Source of the DNA: an uncultured Actinomycetes bacterium
Lineage (GTDB): Bacteria > Actinomycetota > UBA4738 > HRBIN12
Assembly: GCA_963704885.1 (NCBI GenBank)
Contig: CAVPIB010000001.1
Span: forward strand, 768,001 to 832,000
Direction: 5' to 3'
DNA length: 64,000 bases
How positions within the stretch are numbered: position 1 is the stretch's first letter; each line of letters opens with the position of its first letter. A model generated the notes under the pieces. It made no database searches. It was not told the DNA's origin and saw only the letters and a list, made by a program, of their open reading frames with translations. Positions 50,148-61,585 of the stretch are shown piece after piece. Position numbers and translations under genes: made by a program.

Positions 50148-51676
50148 AGCCGGTCCTCACGCCCGATCAAGCGTCCGAGCTGGATCGGGCGACCCAGGCC
50201 CGCGGCATCTCGGCTGAGCTGTTGATGGAGCGGGCCGGCCGCGCGGTGACTCGCGCCGCGATCGATCTCTTGGGTGGGGCCTATGGGCGGCGGGCGGTGG
50301 TCGTGTGCGGCAAGGGGAACAACGGGGGCGACGGCTTCGTGGCCGCCCGCCACCTGGCTCGCGCGGGCGTCCGAACCGTGGTCGTTGCGGTCGAGCGCCT
50401 GGACGCCCTGCGGGAACCGGCCGCCATCAACGCGGCTCGCCTGAACGAGGTGCCGGTTCGCGTGCTGCCCTTCTCCGGCGCCGCCCTCGAGCGGGAGCTC
50501 ACCAGGGCCGACGTGGCGATCGATGCCATCTTCGGCACGGGGTTCCGGGGGATCCCCGAGGACGATTGGGCTGAGGCCATCGTGGCGTTGAACGGCTCCG
50601 GTGTCCCCATCGTGGCCGTGGACATCCCCTCCGGGGTGAACGGCTCGACGGGCGCAGCGCAGGGTGAGGCCGTCCGAGCGGACCTCACGGTGACCTTCGG
50701 AGCCCCCAAGGTCGGCGCCGTGCTCCTGCCTGGGGCCGAGCTCGCGGGGGCGGTGCGCGTGGTCGACATAGGGTTCCCCGACGACCTGCTCACGGCGAAC
50801 GCCTTCCTCATGGAACCGGCCGACGTCTCAGCCTTGCTCCCCGAGCGTCCGCTGGAGACGCACAAGCGGGCAACGGGCGTGCTCTTGGTGCTCGCCGGAT
50901 CGCGCGGCATGACCGGCGCCGTCCGCCTGATCGCGGAGGGTGCGGGGAGGATCGGCGCCGGGCTGATCCAGGTGGCGGTGCCCGAGGGCATCCTCCCGAT
51001 CGTGCAGTCCGAGCTGGTGGAGACCACCTTCGTTCCGCTCCCCGAGACGGAGGAGGGCTCTGTGGCTCGGTCCGCTCTCGGAGCGATCCTCGCGTGCCTG
51101 GAAGGCGCCGACGCGCTCGCCATCGGGCCGGGGCTGTCGACCGATGAGGCAACGGCCGAGCTCGTGCGTGAGCTGGTGCGCGAGAGCACCGTGCCGTTCG
51201 TCCTGGACGCCGACGGGCTGAACGCGTTCGCGGGGCGTGCGGGCGACCTCGCCGACCGCAAGGCCGACGCGGTCCTCACACCACACGACGGCGAGTTCGC
51301 ACGTCTCTCCGGGGTGTCGGCACGCGACCTTCGGGACGACCGCTTGGCCCATGCGAGAGCGCTCGCATCGACGACCGGGGCGACCACGCTGCTGAAAGGC
51401 AGCCGGACGCTCGTCATCACGCCCGACGGAGAGGCGAGGATCAACCCGACCGGCGGGCCCGTCCTGGCCACGGCCGGGTCGGGCGACGTGCTCACGGGCG
51501 TCATCGGAGGGTTGCTGGCGCGAGGGCTCGACCCTGTCGACGCGGCCTCGACGGCGGCTTACGTTCACGGCTTGGCGGGGATACTGGCCGGCCGTGCGCT
51601 CGGGGAAGGCACGCTCGCATCCGACGTGGTCGCGCACCTCCCCGCCGCCGTCAACCGGGTGTTGGAGGGCGCGTGA
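50144..51676 (+). CDS. nnr: Bifunctional NAD(P)HX epimerase/dehydratase
   Basis: LMERAG, GKGNNGGDG, DIPSG, TPHDGEF, ATAGSGDVL. Confidence 0.95.
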   Translation: MKPVLTPDQASELDRATQARGISAELLMERAGRAVTRAAIDLLGGAYGRRAVVVCGKGNNGGDGFVAARHLARAGVRTVVVAVERLDALREPAAINAARLNEVPVRVLPFSGAALERELTRADVAIDAIFGTGFRGIPEDDWAEAIVALNGSGVPIVAVDIPSGVNGSTGAAQGEAVRADLTVTFGAPKVGAVLLPGAELAGAVRVVDIGFPDDLLTANAFLMEPADVSALLPERPLETHKRATGVLLVLAGSRGMTGAVRLIAEGAGRIGAGLIQVAVPEGILPIVQSELVETTFVPLPETEEGSVARSALGAILACLEGADALAIGPGLSTDEATAELVRELVRESTVPFVLDADGLNAFAGRAGDLADRKADAVLTPHDGEFARLSGVSARDLRDDRLAHARALASTTGATTLLKGSRTLVITPDGEARINPTGGPVLATAGSGDVLTGVIGGLLARGLDPVDAASTAAYVHGLAGILAGRALGEGTLASDVVAHLPAAVNRVLEGA

Positions 51677-52773
51677 GGCGTCTCCGTCCGACGTGGGCAC
51701 AGGTGGACCTGAACGCGATCCGACACAACGTGCGGACGCTCAAGCCCGAGGGTGCCGAGCTGATGGCGGTCGTGAAGGCGAACGCCTACGGGCACGGCTC
51801 GGTGCAGGTCGCCCGCGCCGCGCTGGAGGGCGGCGCCACCTGGCTCGGCGTCGCTCTGGTGGAGGAGGGACTGGATCTGCGCGGCGCGGGCATCGATGCT
51901 CCCGTACTGGTCTTGTCGGAGCTGCCTTCAGGCTCCGAACTCGTGGCGCTCGACGCCGGACTGACCGCCAGTCTCTACACCGACGACGGCCTGACCCGGC
52001 TGGCTGCGGCAGCCGTCGGTCGCGACGTCGGTGTCCACGTCAAGGTCGACACCGGCATGCACCGCGTCGGCGTGTACCCCCCGGAAGCCACCGTCACCTT
52101 CCTCGAGCGGGTGGCTCGCTCGGGCATCGGTCTGGACGGCCTGTGGACGCATTTCGCCAGCTCCGCGGAGAACGAGGAGACGACGCTCCGGCAGCTCGAG
52201 GGGTTCCTATCGGTTGTCGGGGCCGCCCGGGCTTCGGGATTCGAGCCACGGATCGTGCACGCGGCGAACTCCGGAGCGGTGATCCTCCATCCCCAGAGTC
52301 ATCTCGATCTGGTGCGGGCGGGGATCGCCATCTACGGGATCGAGCCGGAACCCGGCGTGGGCGCGGACCTCGGTCTGATCCCCGCGCTTTCTTGGCGATC
52401 GGCGGTGACCATGACCAGGCGTCTTCCTGCCGGTGAACGCGTGTCGTACGGCCATCGCTATCTGCTGGAACGTGACGCGAACATCGCCACGGTGCCCGTG
52501 GGATACGCGGACGGCTATCCTCGCGCGGCCTCGTCGCGAGCCGACGTCCTGATCCAGGGAACGCCGTGCCGAGTAGCGGGGAGCGTGACCATGGATCAAC
52601 TCATCGTGGACTGCGGAGACCTCGACGTGGTCGCCGGGGACGACGTGGTGCTGATTGGGCCCCAGGGCGCCGGGTCGGTGTCCGCGTGGGATCTGGCGGT
52701 TCTAGCAGACACGATCGGTTACGAGATCGTCACGCGGATCGGCGAGCGAGTCCCCAGGGAGTACGTGGGATGA
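51673..52773 (+). CDS. alr: Alanine racemase
   Basis: AVVKANAYGHG, KVDTGMHR, GYADG. Confidence 0.98.
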   Translation: MRRLRPTWAQVDLNAIRHNVRTLKPEGAELMAVVKANAYGHGSVQVARAALEGGATWLGVALVEEGLDLRGAGIDAPVLVLSELPSGSELVALDAGLTASLYTDDGLTRLAAAAVGRDVGVHVKVDTGMHRVGVYPPEATVTFLERVARSGIGLDGLWTHFASSAENEETTLRQLEGFLSVVGAARASGFEPRIVHAANSGAVILHPQSHLDLVRAGIAIYGIEPEPGVGADLGLIPALSWRSAVTMTRRLPAGERVSYGHRYLLERDANIATVPVGYADGYPRAASSRADVLIQGTPCRVAGSVTMDQLIVDCGDLDVVAGDDVVLIGPQGAGSVSAWDLAVLADTIGYEIVTRIGERVPREYVG

Positions 52774-53819
52774 GCAGGAGACGAACGGCGATCGTGGCGG
52801 GCGGCGTGGCCGCGGGCGCAGTGGCGGCAGGCGTGGTCGGACGAGTGTTGGTCAGGCGTCGCCACGCCGAACACGAGGACGGAACGCCGTTGCTCGATCT
52901 GCCCCCCGACGTCTTGGATCCCGTCGTCGCGTTCGATGGGACCGAGATCACCGTCAGGGCCGCCGGCGACCCCACCGCTCCCGTGATCGTCTTCTCCCAC
53001 GGGTTCAGCCTGGACATGTCCGTCTGGCACGAGCAGTGGCTGGATCTGTCGGATGACTTCCGCTGCGTGCTGATGGACCACCGCTCGCATGGGGCCAGCG
53101 GGCGGGCAGCGCACGGCGACCTCTCCCTGCGGTCCATGGGGCGTGATCTGGCCGGCGTGATCGACGCGGCGGCGCCCGACCGACCCGTGGTGCTCGTCGG
53201 ACACAGCATGGGGGCGATGGCGATACTGGCGATGGCCGAGCAACGGCCCGAGCTCTTCGGTCCGCGCGTGGCCGGCGTCGCCCTGATCGGCGGCGCCTCC
53301 TCGGATCTGCTTCGCGGCTCGATCGGCTCCGTGACCGAGCTGCTAAGACCGCGGCTCGGGACGTTCACGACCGCCGCTCGGCGCGTCGACCGGCTCCGGC
53401 GCGCGGTGCTCGCGAGCCCCGCAGACCTGAGCGGAGTGATCACACGCGTGACGCAGTTCGGCCCGGAGGCTCCGCCGCACCTGGTCGAGCACATCGTGTC
53501 CCTGGCCGAGCGTGCGCCGTCGGAGGTGTGGACCGACGGGTTGGCAGGGCTGATGGAGATGGATCTCCGTCACGCGCTGCCGCGTGTGCGTGTTCCGGCC
53601 CTCGTCATCGTCGGCGAGCACGATCGGGTCACGCCGCCCGCCATCGCGGTCGAGCTGGTCGGCGGGCTGCCCGATGCCACACTCGCCGTCATCCGACATG
53701 CCGGACACATGGTCATGCTCGAGCGACCGGTCGAGGTGAATCACGACCTGAGGGTCTTCGCTCGCCGCTGCCTGAAGACGAGTAGCCCCAGCAGGAACGG
53801 CAAGAGGAAGCGAACGTGA
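52770..53819 (+). CDS. Alpha/beta-fold hydrolase
   Basis: HGFSL, GHSMG, GEHD, AGHM; start ATG 52770. Confidence 0.9.
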   Translation: MSRRRTAIVAGGVAAGAVAAGVVGRVLVRRRHAEHEDGTPLLDLPPDVLDPVVAFDGTEITVRAAGDPTAPVIVFSHGFSLDMSVWHEQWLDLSDDFRCVLMDHRSHGASGRAAHGDLSLRSMGRDLAGVIDAAAPDRPVVLVGHSMGAMAILAMAEQRPELFGPRVAGVALIGGASSDLLRGSIGSVTELLRPRLGTFTTAARRVDRLRRAVLASPADLSGVITRVTQFGPEAPPHLVEHIVSLAERAPSEVWTDGLAGLMEMDLRHALPRVRVPALVIVGEHDRVTPPAIAVELVGGLPDATLAVIRHAGHMVMLERPVEVNHDLRVFARRCLKTSSPSRNGKRKRT

Positions 53820-54457
53820 TCAGAACGCTCGCCGATGCCGCCGCGGAGGCCGCCTCCTGCATCAAGTGCCGCTTGGCCGAGGGGCGGACCCAGGTCGTGT
53901 TCGGGGTGGGGAACCCGGACGCGGAGCTGATGTTCATCGGTGAGGCCCCGGGGTTCCACGAGGACAAGCAGGGCGAGCCGTTCGTCGGTGCCGCGGGCCA
54001 GCTGCTGACCCGGATGCTGAACGAGATAGGCCTCACCCGCGCCGATGTCTACATAGCGAACATCTTGAAGTGTCGTCCTCCTGGCAATCGCGACCCGCTA
54101 TCTGACGAGATGGAGTCGTGCACCCCTTGGCTGATCGAGCAGATCTCGTTGATCCAGCCGGCGCTCGTGGTCACCCTCGGGAACTTCGCAACGAAGTTCG
54201 TGTTGAACACACAGACGGGGATCACGCGGCTGCGGGGCCAGGCGTTCCCGTGGCACGGCCGGACGGTGATCCCCACCTTCCATCCGGCCGCCATCCTGCA
54301 CGGCGGCGGCGAGGGCTCGAAGCAGTTCGAGCAGCTCCGCGAGGACTTCGCCATCATCCAGCGGACGTTGGAGGAACTGCGCAACTCCTCAGCGGCGACG
54401 GTGGTTCTCGAGGGACCGGAACCGTCCGCCGACGAGGAGCAGTTGGAGCTCTTCTGA
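53816..54457 (+). CDS. Uracil-DNA glycosylase family 4 (Fe-S)
   Basis: [21 protein letters not shown]. Confidence 0.93.
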   Translation: MIRTLADAAAEAASCIKCRLAEGRTQVVFGVGNPDAELMFIGEAPGFHEDKQGEPFVGAAGQLLTRMLNEIGLTRADVYIANILKCRPPGNRDPLSDEMESCTPWLIEQISLIQPALVVTLGNFATKFVLNTQTGITRLRGQAFPWHGRTVIPTFHPAAILHGGGEGSKQFEQLREDFAIIQRTLEELRNSSAATVVLEGPEPSADEEQLELF

Positions 54458-54948
54458 TGCGGATCGAGCTGCGGACAGAGACGGCCGAAGACACGCGGGG
54501 AGTGGGAGAGGCGATCGCCCCACTGCTCGCCGCGCGCGACGCGGTGATCCTGACGGGCGAGTTGGGCGCGGGCAAGACGACCCTGGTGCAAGGCGTGGCG
54601 CGCGGACTCCGGATCGAGGCCCAGGTGGTCTCTCCTACATTCATGCTCGTTCGCGAATACCGGGGACGGCTGGACGTGGCCCACGTCGACGTGTACCGCC
54701 TAGACCGGATCCAAGACGTGGTCGATCTGGGCCTGGAGGAGATGGGGGACGGCGAGGCGGTCCTCCTGGTCGAGTGGGGCGATTTTGTCGAGGAGCTCTT
54801 GCCGGCCGACCACCTCACTATCGAGCTGACGAACGCAGCGCCGGACAGCGAGGTACGACGTATCGTCCTCACACCCGCGGGCGGTTCGTGGACGGAGCGA
54901 TGGGAACCGATGAGGCGCGCCCTGGCGACGTGGGAGGTATCCGGGTGA
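54457..54948 (+). CDS. tsaE: t6A biosynthesis ATPase TsaE
   Basis: GELGAGKT, SPTF, HVDVYRL, VEWG. Confidence 0.96.
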   Translation: MRIELRTETAEDTRGVGEAIAPLLAARDAVILTGELGAGKTTLVQGVARGLRIEAQVVSPTFMLVREYRGRLDVAHVDVYRLDRIQDVVDLGLEEMGDGEAVLLVEWGDFVEELLPADHLTIELTNAAPDSEVRRIVLTPAGGSWTERWEPMRRALATWEVSG

Positions 54949-55652
54949 TCGTCCTGGGCATCGACACTTCGACACCGCAGACCAGCCTGGCGATCGGAAA
55001 CGAGCGTGAGGTCCTGGCCTCCCTCTCGATCGCCGGCCAGGCGCGCCAAGAGTCGGTGACGCCCGCCCTGCAACAGCTTCTGACCTGGTCGGGCCTCAAC
55101 ATGCGCAACATCGGCGGCGTCGCCGTGGGCATCGGCCCGGGTCTGTTCACAGGTCTTCGTGTCGGAGTGGAGACCGCGAAGACACTCGCGCAGGTCCTGA
55201 CGATACCCATCGTGGGCATCACCAGCCTGGACGCTCTCGCCTTCGCGGTCCGATACTCGCCTCGTCGGATCGCTGCGGTGATCGATGCAAGGCGTGGCGA
55301 GGTGTTCGCGGCCGTCTACCGTTCGGTGCCAGGAGGGGTGGTACGCGAGACCGATCATCTGGTCCTCAAGCCCGATCATCTGGTCGCCGAGCTGGAGGCC
55401 GAAGCCGGAGAGGTGCTGTGCGTCGGGAACGGTGCCATCCTGTACCGGCATGAGCTCGAAGAGCTGGGCAGCCGGGTGGAGTTCGCCAGCCCGGCGGTGG
55501 CGCATCCCGACGCCGCCGCCTTGGTCGAGCTCGCCATCCCTCGGTTCCTGCGTGAGGAGTTCGATCGGGTGTTCGACGTCGTGCCGCTCTACCTGAGGAA
55601 GTCTGATGCGGAGATCTCTTGGGATCAGCGAGCCAGAGGCGCCCAGGGTTGA
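54945..55652 (+). CDS. tsaB: t6A biosynthesis protein TsaB
   Basis: LGIDTS, GPGLFTGLRVG, DARRGEV, PLYLR. Confidence 0.96.
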   Translation: MIVLGIDTSTPQTSLAIGNEREVLASLSIAGQARQESVTPALQQLLTWSGLNMRNIGGVAVGIGPGLFTGLRVGVETAKTLAQVLTIPIVGITSLDALAFAVRYSPRRIAAVIDARRGEVFAAVYRSVPGGVVRETDHLVLKPDHLVAELEAEAGEVLCVGNGAILYRHELEELGSRVEFASPAVAHPDAAALVELAIPRFLREEFDRVFDVVPLYLRKSDAEISWDQRARGAQG

Positions 55653-55653
55653 T

Positions 55654-56157
55654 GTGACCCGGATGCGCCGCCGCCATCTGCGCGGCGTCATGGCGATCGA
55701 ACGCCAGGTCTACTCGCGCCCATGGAGTCCCAACCTGTTCCTGGCCGAGATGAGCGAACCTCACAACCGCTGCTATCTGGTTGCTCGGTCCGACCGCGAC
55801 GTGGTCGGCTACGGCGGCCTCATCTGCTACGGAGATGAGGCCCACGTCACCAACATCGCGGTCGACCCCATGCACCATCGCCGCAAGGTTGGCTCGCGAC
55901 TGCTCTACGACCTGCTCGTAGAAGCGATCGAGATAGGCGGCCAGGCAGTCTCTCTCGAGGTGCGCGTGTCCAATTGGGGAGCGCAGAGGATGTACGGTCG
56001 ATTCGGGTTCCATCCGGTCGGGATCCGACGGAACTACTACCAGGAGCTGAACGAGGACGCGCTGATCATGTGGACCGACGACGTGGGATCCAAGGCGTTC
56101 GCCCGGCGGCTCTCGGAGATCGCGGCCACGCTGCCTGACGGTGTGCGCCCCGCGTGA
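55654..56157 (+). CDS. rimI: Ribosomal protein N-acetyltransferase RimI
   Basis: EAHVTNIAV, LEVRVSN, RRNYY; start uncertain (55606, 55654 or 55663). Confidence 0.9.
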   Translation: MTRMRRRHLRGVMAIERQVYSRPWSPNLFLAEMSEPHNRCYLVARSDRDVVGYGGLICYGDEAHVTNIAVDPMHHRRKVGSRLLYDLLVEAIEIGGQAVSLEVRVSNWGAQRMYGRFGFHPVGIRRNYYQELNEDALIMWTDDVGSKAFARRLSEIAATLPDGVRPA

Positions 56158-57164
56158 TCACCCTGGGCATCGAGACCTCGTGCGACGAGACGGCAGTCGC
56201 GGTGGTGGAGGATGGGTTCATCGTTCGCGCCAACCTGATCGCCTCCCAAGTCCACCTGCACGAGCGGTTCGGAGGCGTGGTCCCCGAGGTCGCGGCGCGT
56301 GCGCACGTCGAGGCCTTGAATCCCCTCATGGCAGAGGCCTTGGCGGAGGCCGGCCTCTCGGGGTTCGGGCAGGTCGACGGGGTGGCCGTCACGGTCGGCC
56401 CCGGCCTGGTCGGCGCGCTCCTGGTGGGGATGGCCGCCGCCAAGGGAGTTGCCTTGGCGACAGGGGCCGATCTGATCGGCGTGCATCACCTTGAGGGTCA
56501 CATCTGGGCGAACTTCCTCACGCACGGCCCGCCCGAGCCGCCGTACGTGGCGCTCGTCGTGAGCGGCGGTCACACCATGATCGTTCACATGCCCGAAGTG
56601 CACCGGCATGAGGTGATGGGCCAGACCCTCGACGACGCGGCTGGGGAGGCGTTCGACAAGGTGGCCCGCATGATCGGTCTCGGGTTCCCGGGAGGACCGG
56701 CGCTCGATCGGATGGCCCGCGAAGGCAACCCCGAGGCCATCCGATTCCCTCGCGCCATGGAGAACTCCGGCGACTTCGATTTCTCGATGAGCGGACTGAA
56801 GACCGCGGTGCTGCGCCACGTGAAGGCCGAGCGTGCGGCGGGCCGTGATATCCACCTGCCGGACCTGGCGGCGAGCTTCCAAGAGGCGATCGTCGACGTG
56901 CAGGTGCGCAAGACCATCGAGGCGGCTCAGCAGGTGGGCGTAGACAAGGTGCTGCTCGGTGGCGGTGTGGTCGCCAATACCCGTCTGCGCGAACGCATGG
57001 AACGCGAGGGCGCCGCAGTGGGCCTGAAGGTGCTGTTCCCACCGCTCGACCTGTGCACCGACAACGCGGCCATGATCGCGTGCGTGGGCGCGGCGCGGCT
57101 CGCCCGTGGGGAACGAACGTCGCTCGACATCGGCGCCGATCCGAACTTAGGGTTAGCGTCGTGA
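56154..57164 (+). CDS. tsaD: t6A biosynthesis protein TsaD
   Basis: GIETSCDET, HHLEGH, DDAAGEAFDK, CTDNAAMIA. Confidence 0.98.
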   Translation: MITLGIETSCDETAVAVVEDGFIVRANLIASQVHLHERFGGVVPEVAARAHVEALNPLMAEALAEAGLSGFGQVDGVAVTVGPGLVGALLVGMAAAKGVALATGADLIGVHHLEGHIWANFLTHGPPEPPYVALVVSGGHTMIVHMPEVHRHEVMGQTLDDAAGEAFDKVARMIGLGFPGGPALDRMAREGNPEAIRFPRAMENSGDFDFSMSGLKTAVLRHVKAERAAGRDIHLPDLAASFQEAIVDVQVRKTIEAAQQVGVDKVLLGGGVVANTRLRERMEREGAAVGLKVLFPPLDLCTDNAAMIACVGAARLARGERTSLDIGADPNLGLAS

Positions 57165-58105
57165 CGACCGTCCTGGTGACCGGGGGCGCCGGGTTCATCG
57201 GCTCGCATCTCGCCGATCGACTGCTGGCCGAGGGCTATCGCGTGATCAGCGTGGACGATCTCACGACCGGCCGGATCGCCAACCTCTCGGATGGCCGGGG
57301 GTACGGCAAGGAGTTCACGTTCTTCAACATGGACGTGCGCGCCGAGGGCCTTCAGCAGCTCTTCGAACGGCACCGCCCAGAGGTGGTCTTCCATCTGGCG
57401 GCGCAATCGGGCGTTCGTCCTTCGCTCGAGGATCCCGTCCGCGACGCCAGCATCAACATCATGGGTCTGTTGAACGTCTTGGAGTGCTCCGTGAAGACGG
57501 GGGTGGGCAAGGTCATCTACGCGGCCTCGGGCGGCACCATCTACGGCGAGCCCAAGCGCATCCCGGCCAAAGAGACCAGCGCGCAGGGTTCGCACCCGAC
57601 GTCTCCCTATGGCATCTCGAAGAAGGTGTCGGTCGACTACCTGGGCTTCTATCAGCGGTACCGCGGCCTGGACTACACGGCCCTCGCGCTCGGCAACGTG
57701 TATGGACCGCGACAGGATCCCCACGGCGAGGCGGGTGTGATCGCGATCTTCGCGGCGAAGATGCTGGCCGGCGAGACCCCCACGATCTACGGCGACGGGA
57801 ACCAGACGCGCGACTACGTCTTCATCGACGATACGGTGCACGCGTTCGTGCAGGCCATAACGCGCGGCTCCGGCAAGCTCGTGAACATCGGAACCGGCCT
57901 GGAGTCGAGCGTGAACCACGTCTATCGGTTGCTCGCCGACATCATCGGCTTCACGGCCGACCCGACCCACGGCAACTTGCCGCCCGGGGAGCTCCGCCGG
58001 ATAGCGCTCGACATCTCCGCGGCGCCCAACGCCGTCGGATGGAAGCCCTGGACCCACCTCGAGGACGGTCTCGCCGAGACGGTGGCCTTCCTGAAGGGGA
58101 TCTAG
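57161..58105 (+). CDS. NAD-dependent epimerase/dehydratase (UDP-glucose 4-epimerase-like)
   Basis: TGGAGFIG, YGISK, NVYGPRQ, QTRDYV. Confidence 0.92.
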   Translation: MTTVLVTGGAGFIGSHLADRLLAEGYRVISVDDLTTGRIANLSDGRGYGKEFTFFNMDVRAEGLQQLFERHRPEVVFHLAAQSGVRPSLEDPVRDASINIMGLLNVLECSVKTGVGKVIYAASGGTIYGEPKRIPAKETSAQGSHPTSPYGISKKVSVDYLGFYQRYRGLDYTALALGNVYGPRQDPHGEAGVIAIFAAKMLAGETPTIYGDGNQTRDYVFIDDTVHAFVQAITRGSGKLVNIGTGLESSVNHVYRLLADIIGFTADPTHGNLPPGELRRIALDISAAPNAVGWKPWTHLEDGLAETVAFLKGI

Positions 58106-58161
58106 GGATCGCGGATCGCGGCTTGCGGAAGATATCGCTGCCCGATGGAGTTGGGGGCGAT

Positions 58162-58983
58162 GTGACGACGACGAGGCACACAGCGCCGCGGGCCTGGGCA
58201 GATGGCGATGAGCCGATGCCCGCGGTGTACCTGGGCCACGGGGCGCCGCCTCTGCTCGACGACGAGCTATGGACTTCACAGCTCGCGTCCTGGGCGAAAG
58301 ACCTGCCGCGACCCACCGCGATCTTGATCGTCTCCGCGCACTGGGAGTCGGCGCCGCTGACGCTCGGCGCCACCGAGACCGGCGTCCCGCTCACGTATGA
58401 CTTCTACGGTTTCCCTCAGCGGTTCTACGAGATGACCTATCGTTCGCCCGGTTCGCCCGAGCTCGCCGCGAAGGTGAAGGCGCTGATGCCCCACACCGAG
58501 ACGATGGCCGAGGTTGCGGACTACGGACTCGATCACGGGGCGTACGTGCCGCTCATGGTGATGTATCCGCAGGCAGACGTGCCCGTCCTGCAGATGTCGA
58601 TGCCGTCGCTCGACCCACAGCGCCTGTTCGAGCTCGGCAGGCGGCTGCGCCCGCTTCGGGACGAGGGGGTGCTGGTGATCGGCTCCGGCTTCCTGACACA
58701 CGGATTGCAGTTCCTGCGTGACTTCCGCCCCGACGCGTCGCCACCGGGTTGGTCCCGCGACTTCGATCTATGGGCCAAGGATGCGCTCGAGAGGGGGGCT
58801 GTCGATGAGCTGATGGACTTCCGCGGCCGCGCGCCCGGCATGCCTTTCGCGCACCCGACGGTCGAGCACTTCGCGCCGCTGTTCGTCACGCTCGGTGCCG
58901 CGAGCGACCCTGAGTCGTCGCCCGATACGACCGTCGAGGGCTACTTCCTCGGACTCGCCAAGCGCTCCTTCCAGGTCGCCTGA
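58162..58983 (+). CDS. LigB-family extradiol dioxygenase (DODA-like)
   Basis: YLGHGAP, SAHW, DHG, GSG, HPTVEHFAPL; start GTG 58162 or ATG 58216. Confidence 0.88.
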   Translation: MTTTRHTAPRAWADGDEPMPAVYLGHGAPPLLDDELWTSQLASWAKDLPRPTAILIVSAHWESAPLTLGATETGVPLTYDFYGFPQRFYEMTYRSPGSPELAAKVKALMPHTETMAEVADYGLDHGAYVPLMVMYPQADVPVLQMSMPSLDPQRLFELGRRLRPLRDEGVLVIGSGFLTHGLQFLRDFRPDASPPGWSRDFDLWAKDALERGAVDELMDFRGRAPGMPFAHPTVEHFAPLFVTLGAASDPESSPDTTVEGYFLGLAKRSFQVA

Positions 58984-59005
58984 CGTGGAGGCGGGCGCTG
59001 ACGTC

Positions 59006-59416
59006 GTGAACGATATCCCCGAGGTCCTCTTCGTCTGTGTACACAACGCCGGGCGGAGCCAGATGGCCGCTGCGCTCCTGGACCATCACGCTGCCGGCCG
59101 CGTGCGGGTTCGCTCGGCTGGGAGCATCCCGGCGACCGAGATCAACTCCTCGGTCGTAAGCGTGATGAGGGAGCTAGGCGTCGATCTATCGAAGGAGTTC
59201 CCGAAGCCCCTCACGACCGAGGCGGTCGAGGTCGCCGACGTGGTCGTGACCATGGGCTGCGGGGACGCCTGCCCTGTCTTCCCCGGCAAGCGCTACCTCG
59301 ACTGGGAGCTCCCGGATCCGGCCGGGAAGTCGGTCGATCAGGTCCGGCCCATCCGCGACGAGATCGACGCCCTGGTCCGGGAACTGCTCGATGAACTCCT
59401 CCCTTCCCCGCGTTGA
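59006..59416 (+). CDS. arsC: Arsenate reductase / LMW-PTP family
   Basis: FVCVHNAGRSQMA, MGCGDACP, DW..DP. Confidence 0.88.
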   Translation: MNDIPEVLFVCVHNAGRSQMAAALLDHHAAGRVRVRSAGSIPATEINSSVVSVMRELGVDLSKEFPKPLTTEAVEVADVVVTMGCGDACPVFPGKRYLDWELPDPAGKSVDQVRPIRDEIDALVRELLDELLPSPR

Positions 59417-59471
59417 CTGTCTGGCACTCTCCTGGCTATCCTGTTAGCACTCGTAGAGCACAGAGTGCTAA
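59413..59471 (+). promoter_or_regulatory. groES promoter with CIRCE (HrcA operator)
   Basis: TTGACT-N18-TATCCT; TTAGCACTC(59444)-N10-GAGTGCTAA(59471); extra half-site CTGGCACTC at 59421. Confidence 0.88.
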
Positions 59472-59486
59472 CCAAGGAGGAGAAGT

Positions 59487-59786
59487 ATGGCGAAGGACTT
59501 CAGCCTCAAACCCCTCGATGACCGGATCGTCGTTAAGGCGAGCGAAGGTGAGGAGATGACCTCCTCGGGCCTGGTGATCCCCGACACCGCGAAGGAGAAG
59601 CCGCAGGAGGGCTCCGTCGTGGCGATCGGTCCCGGGAAGTTCGAAGACGGCGTGCGCGTCCCGCTCGACGTCGCTGTGGGAGACAAGGTCATCTACTCCA
59701 AGTACGGCGGCACCGAGGTCAAGGTCCAGGGCGAGGAGTATCTGATCCTCTCGGCCCGCGACGTCCTCGCGATCATCGGCAAGTAA
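59487..59786 (+). CDS. groES: Co-chaperonin GroES
   Basis: [25 protein letters not shown]. Confidence 0.99.
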   Translation: MAKDFSLKPLDDRIVVKASEGEEMTSSGLVIPDTAKEKPQEGSVVAIGPGKFEDGVRVPLDVAVGDKVIYSKYGGTEVKVQGEEYLILSARDVLAIIGK

Positions 59787-59829
59787 CCATCCAGGCTTCG
59801 GAGCGGGGGCTCGCGCGCGTCACGCGTGA

Positions 59830-61491
<1,662 letters not shown>

Positions 61492-61523
61492 GCTAGTCCG
61501 TTACAGACTAGTGGTACCGCCAA

Positions 61524-61560
61524 GAGGGCGGGGCGCTTCGCGCCCCGCCCCCGGCGTTTC
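61524..61560 (+). terminator. Hairpin terminator after groEL
   Basis: GGGCGGGGCGC-TTCG-CGCCCCGCCC followed by GTTT. Confidence 0.7.
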
Positions 61561-61585
61561 CTGACTGCGTCTTCTAGACTCCGCG

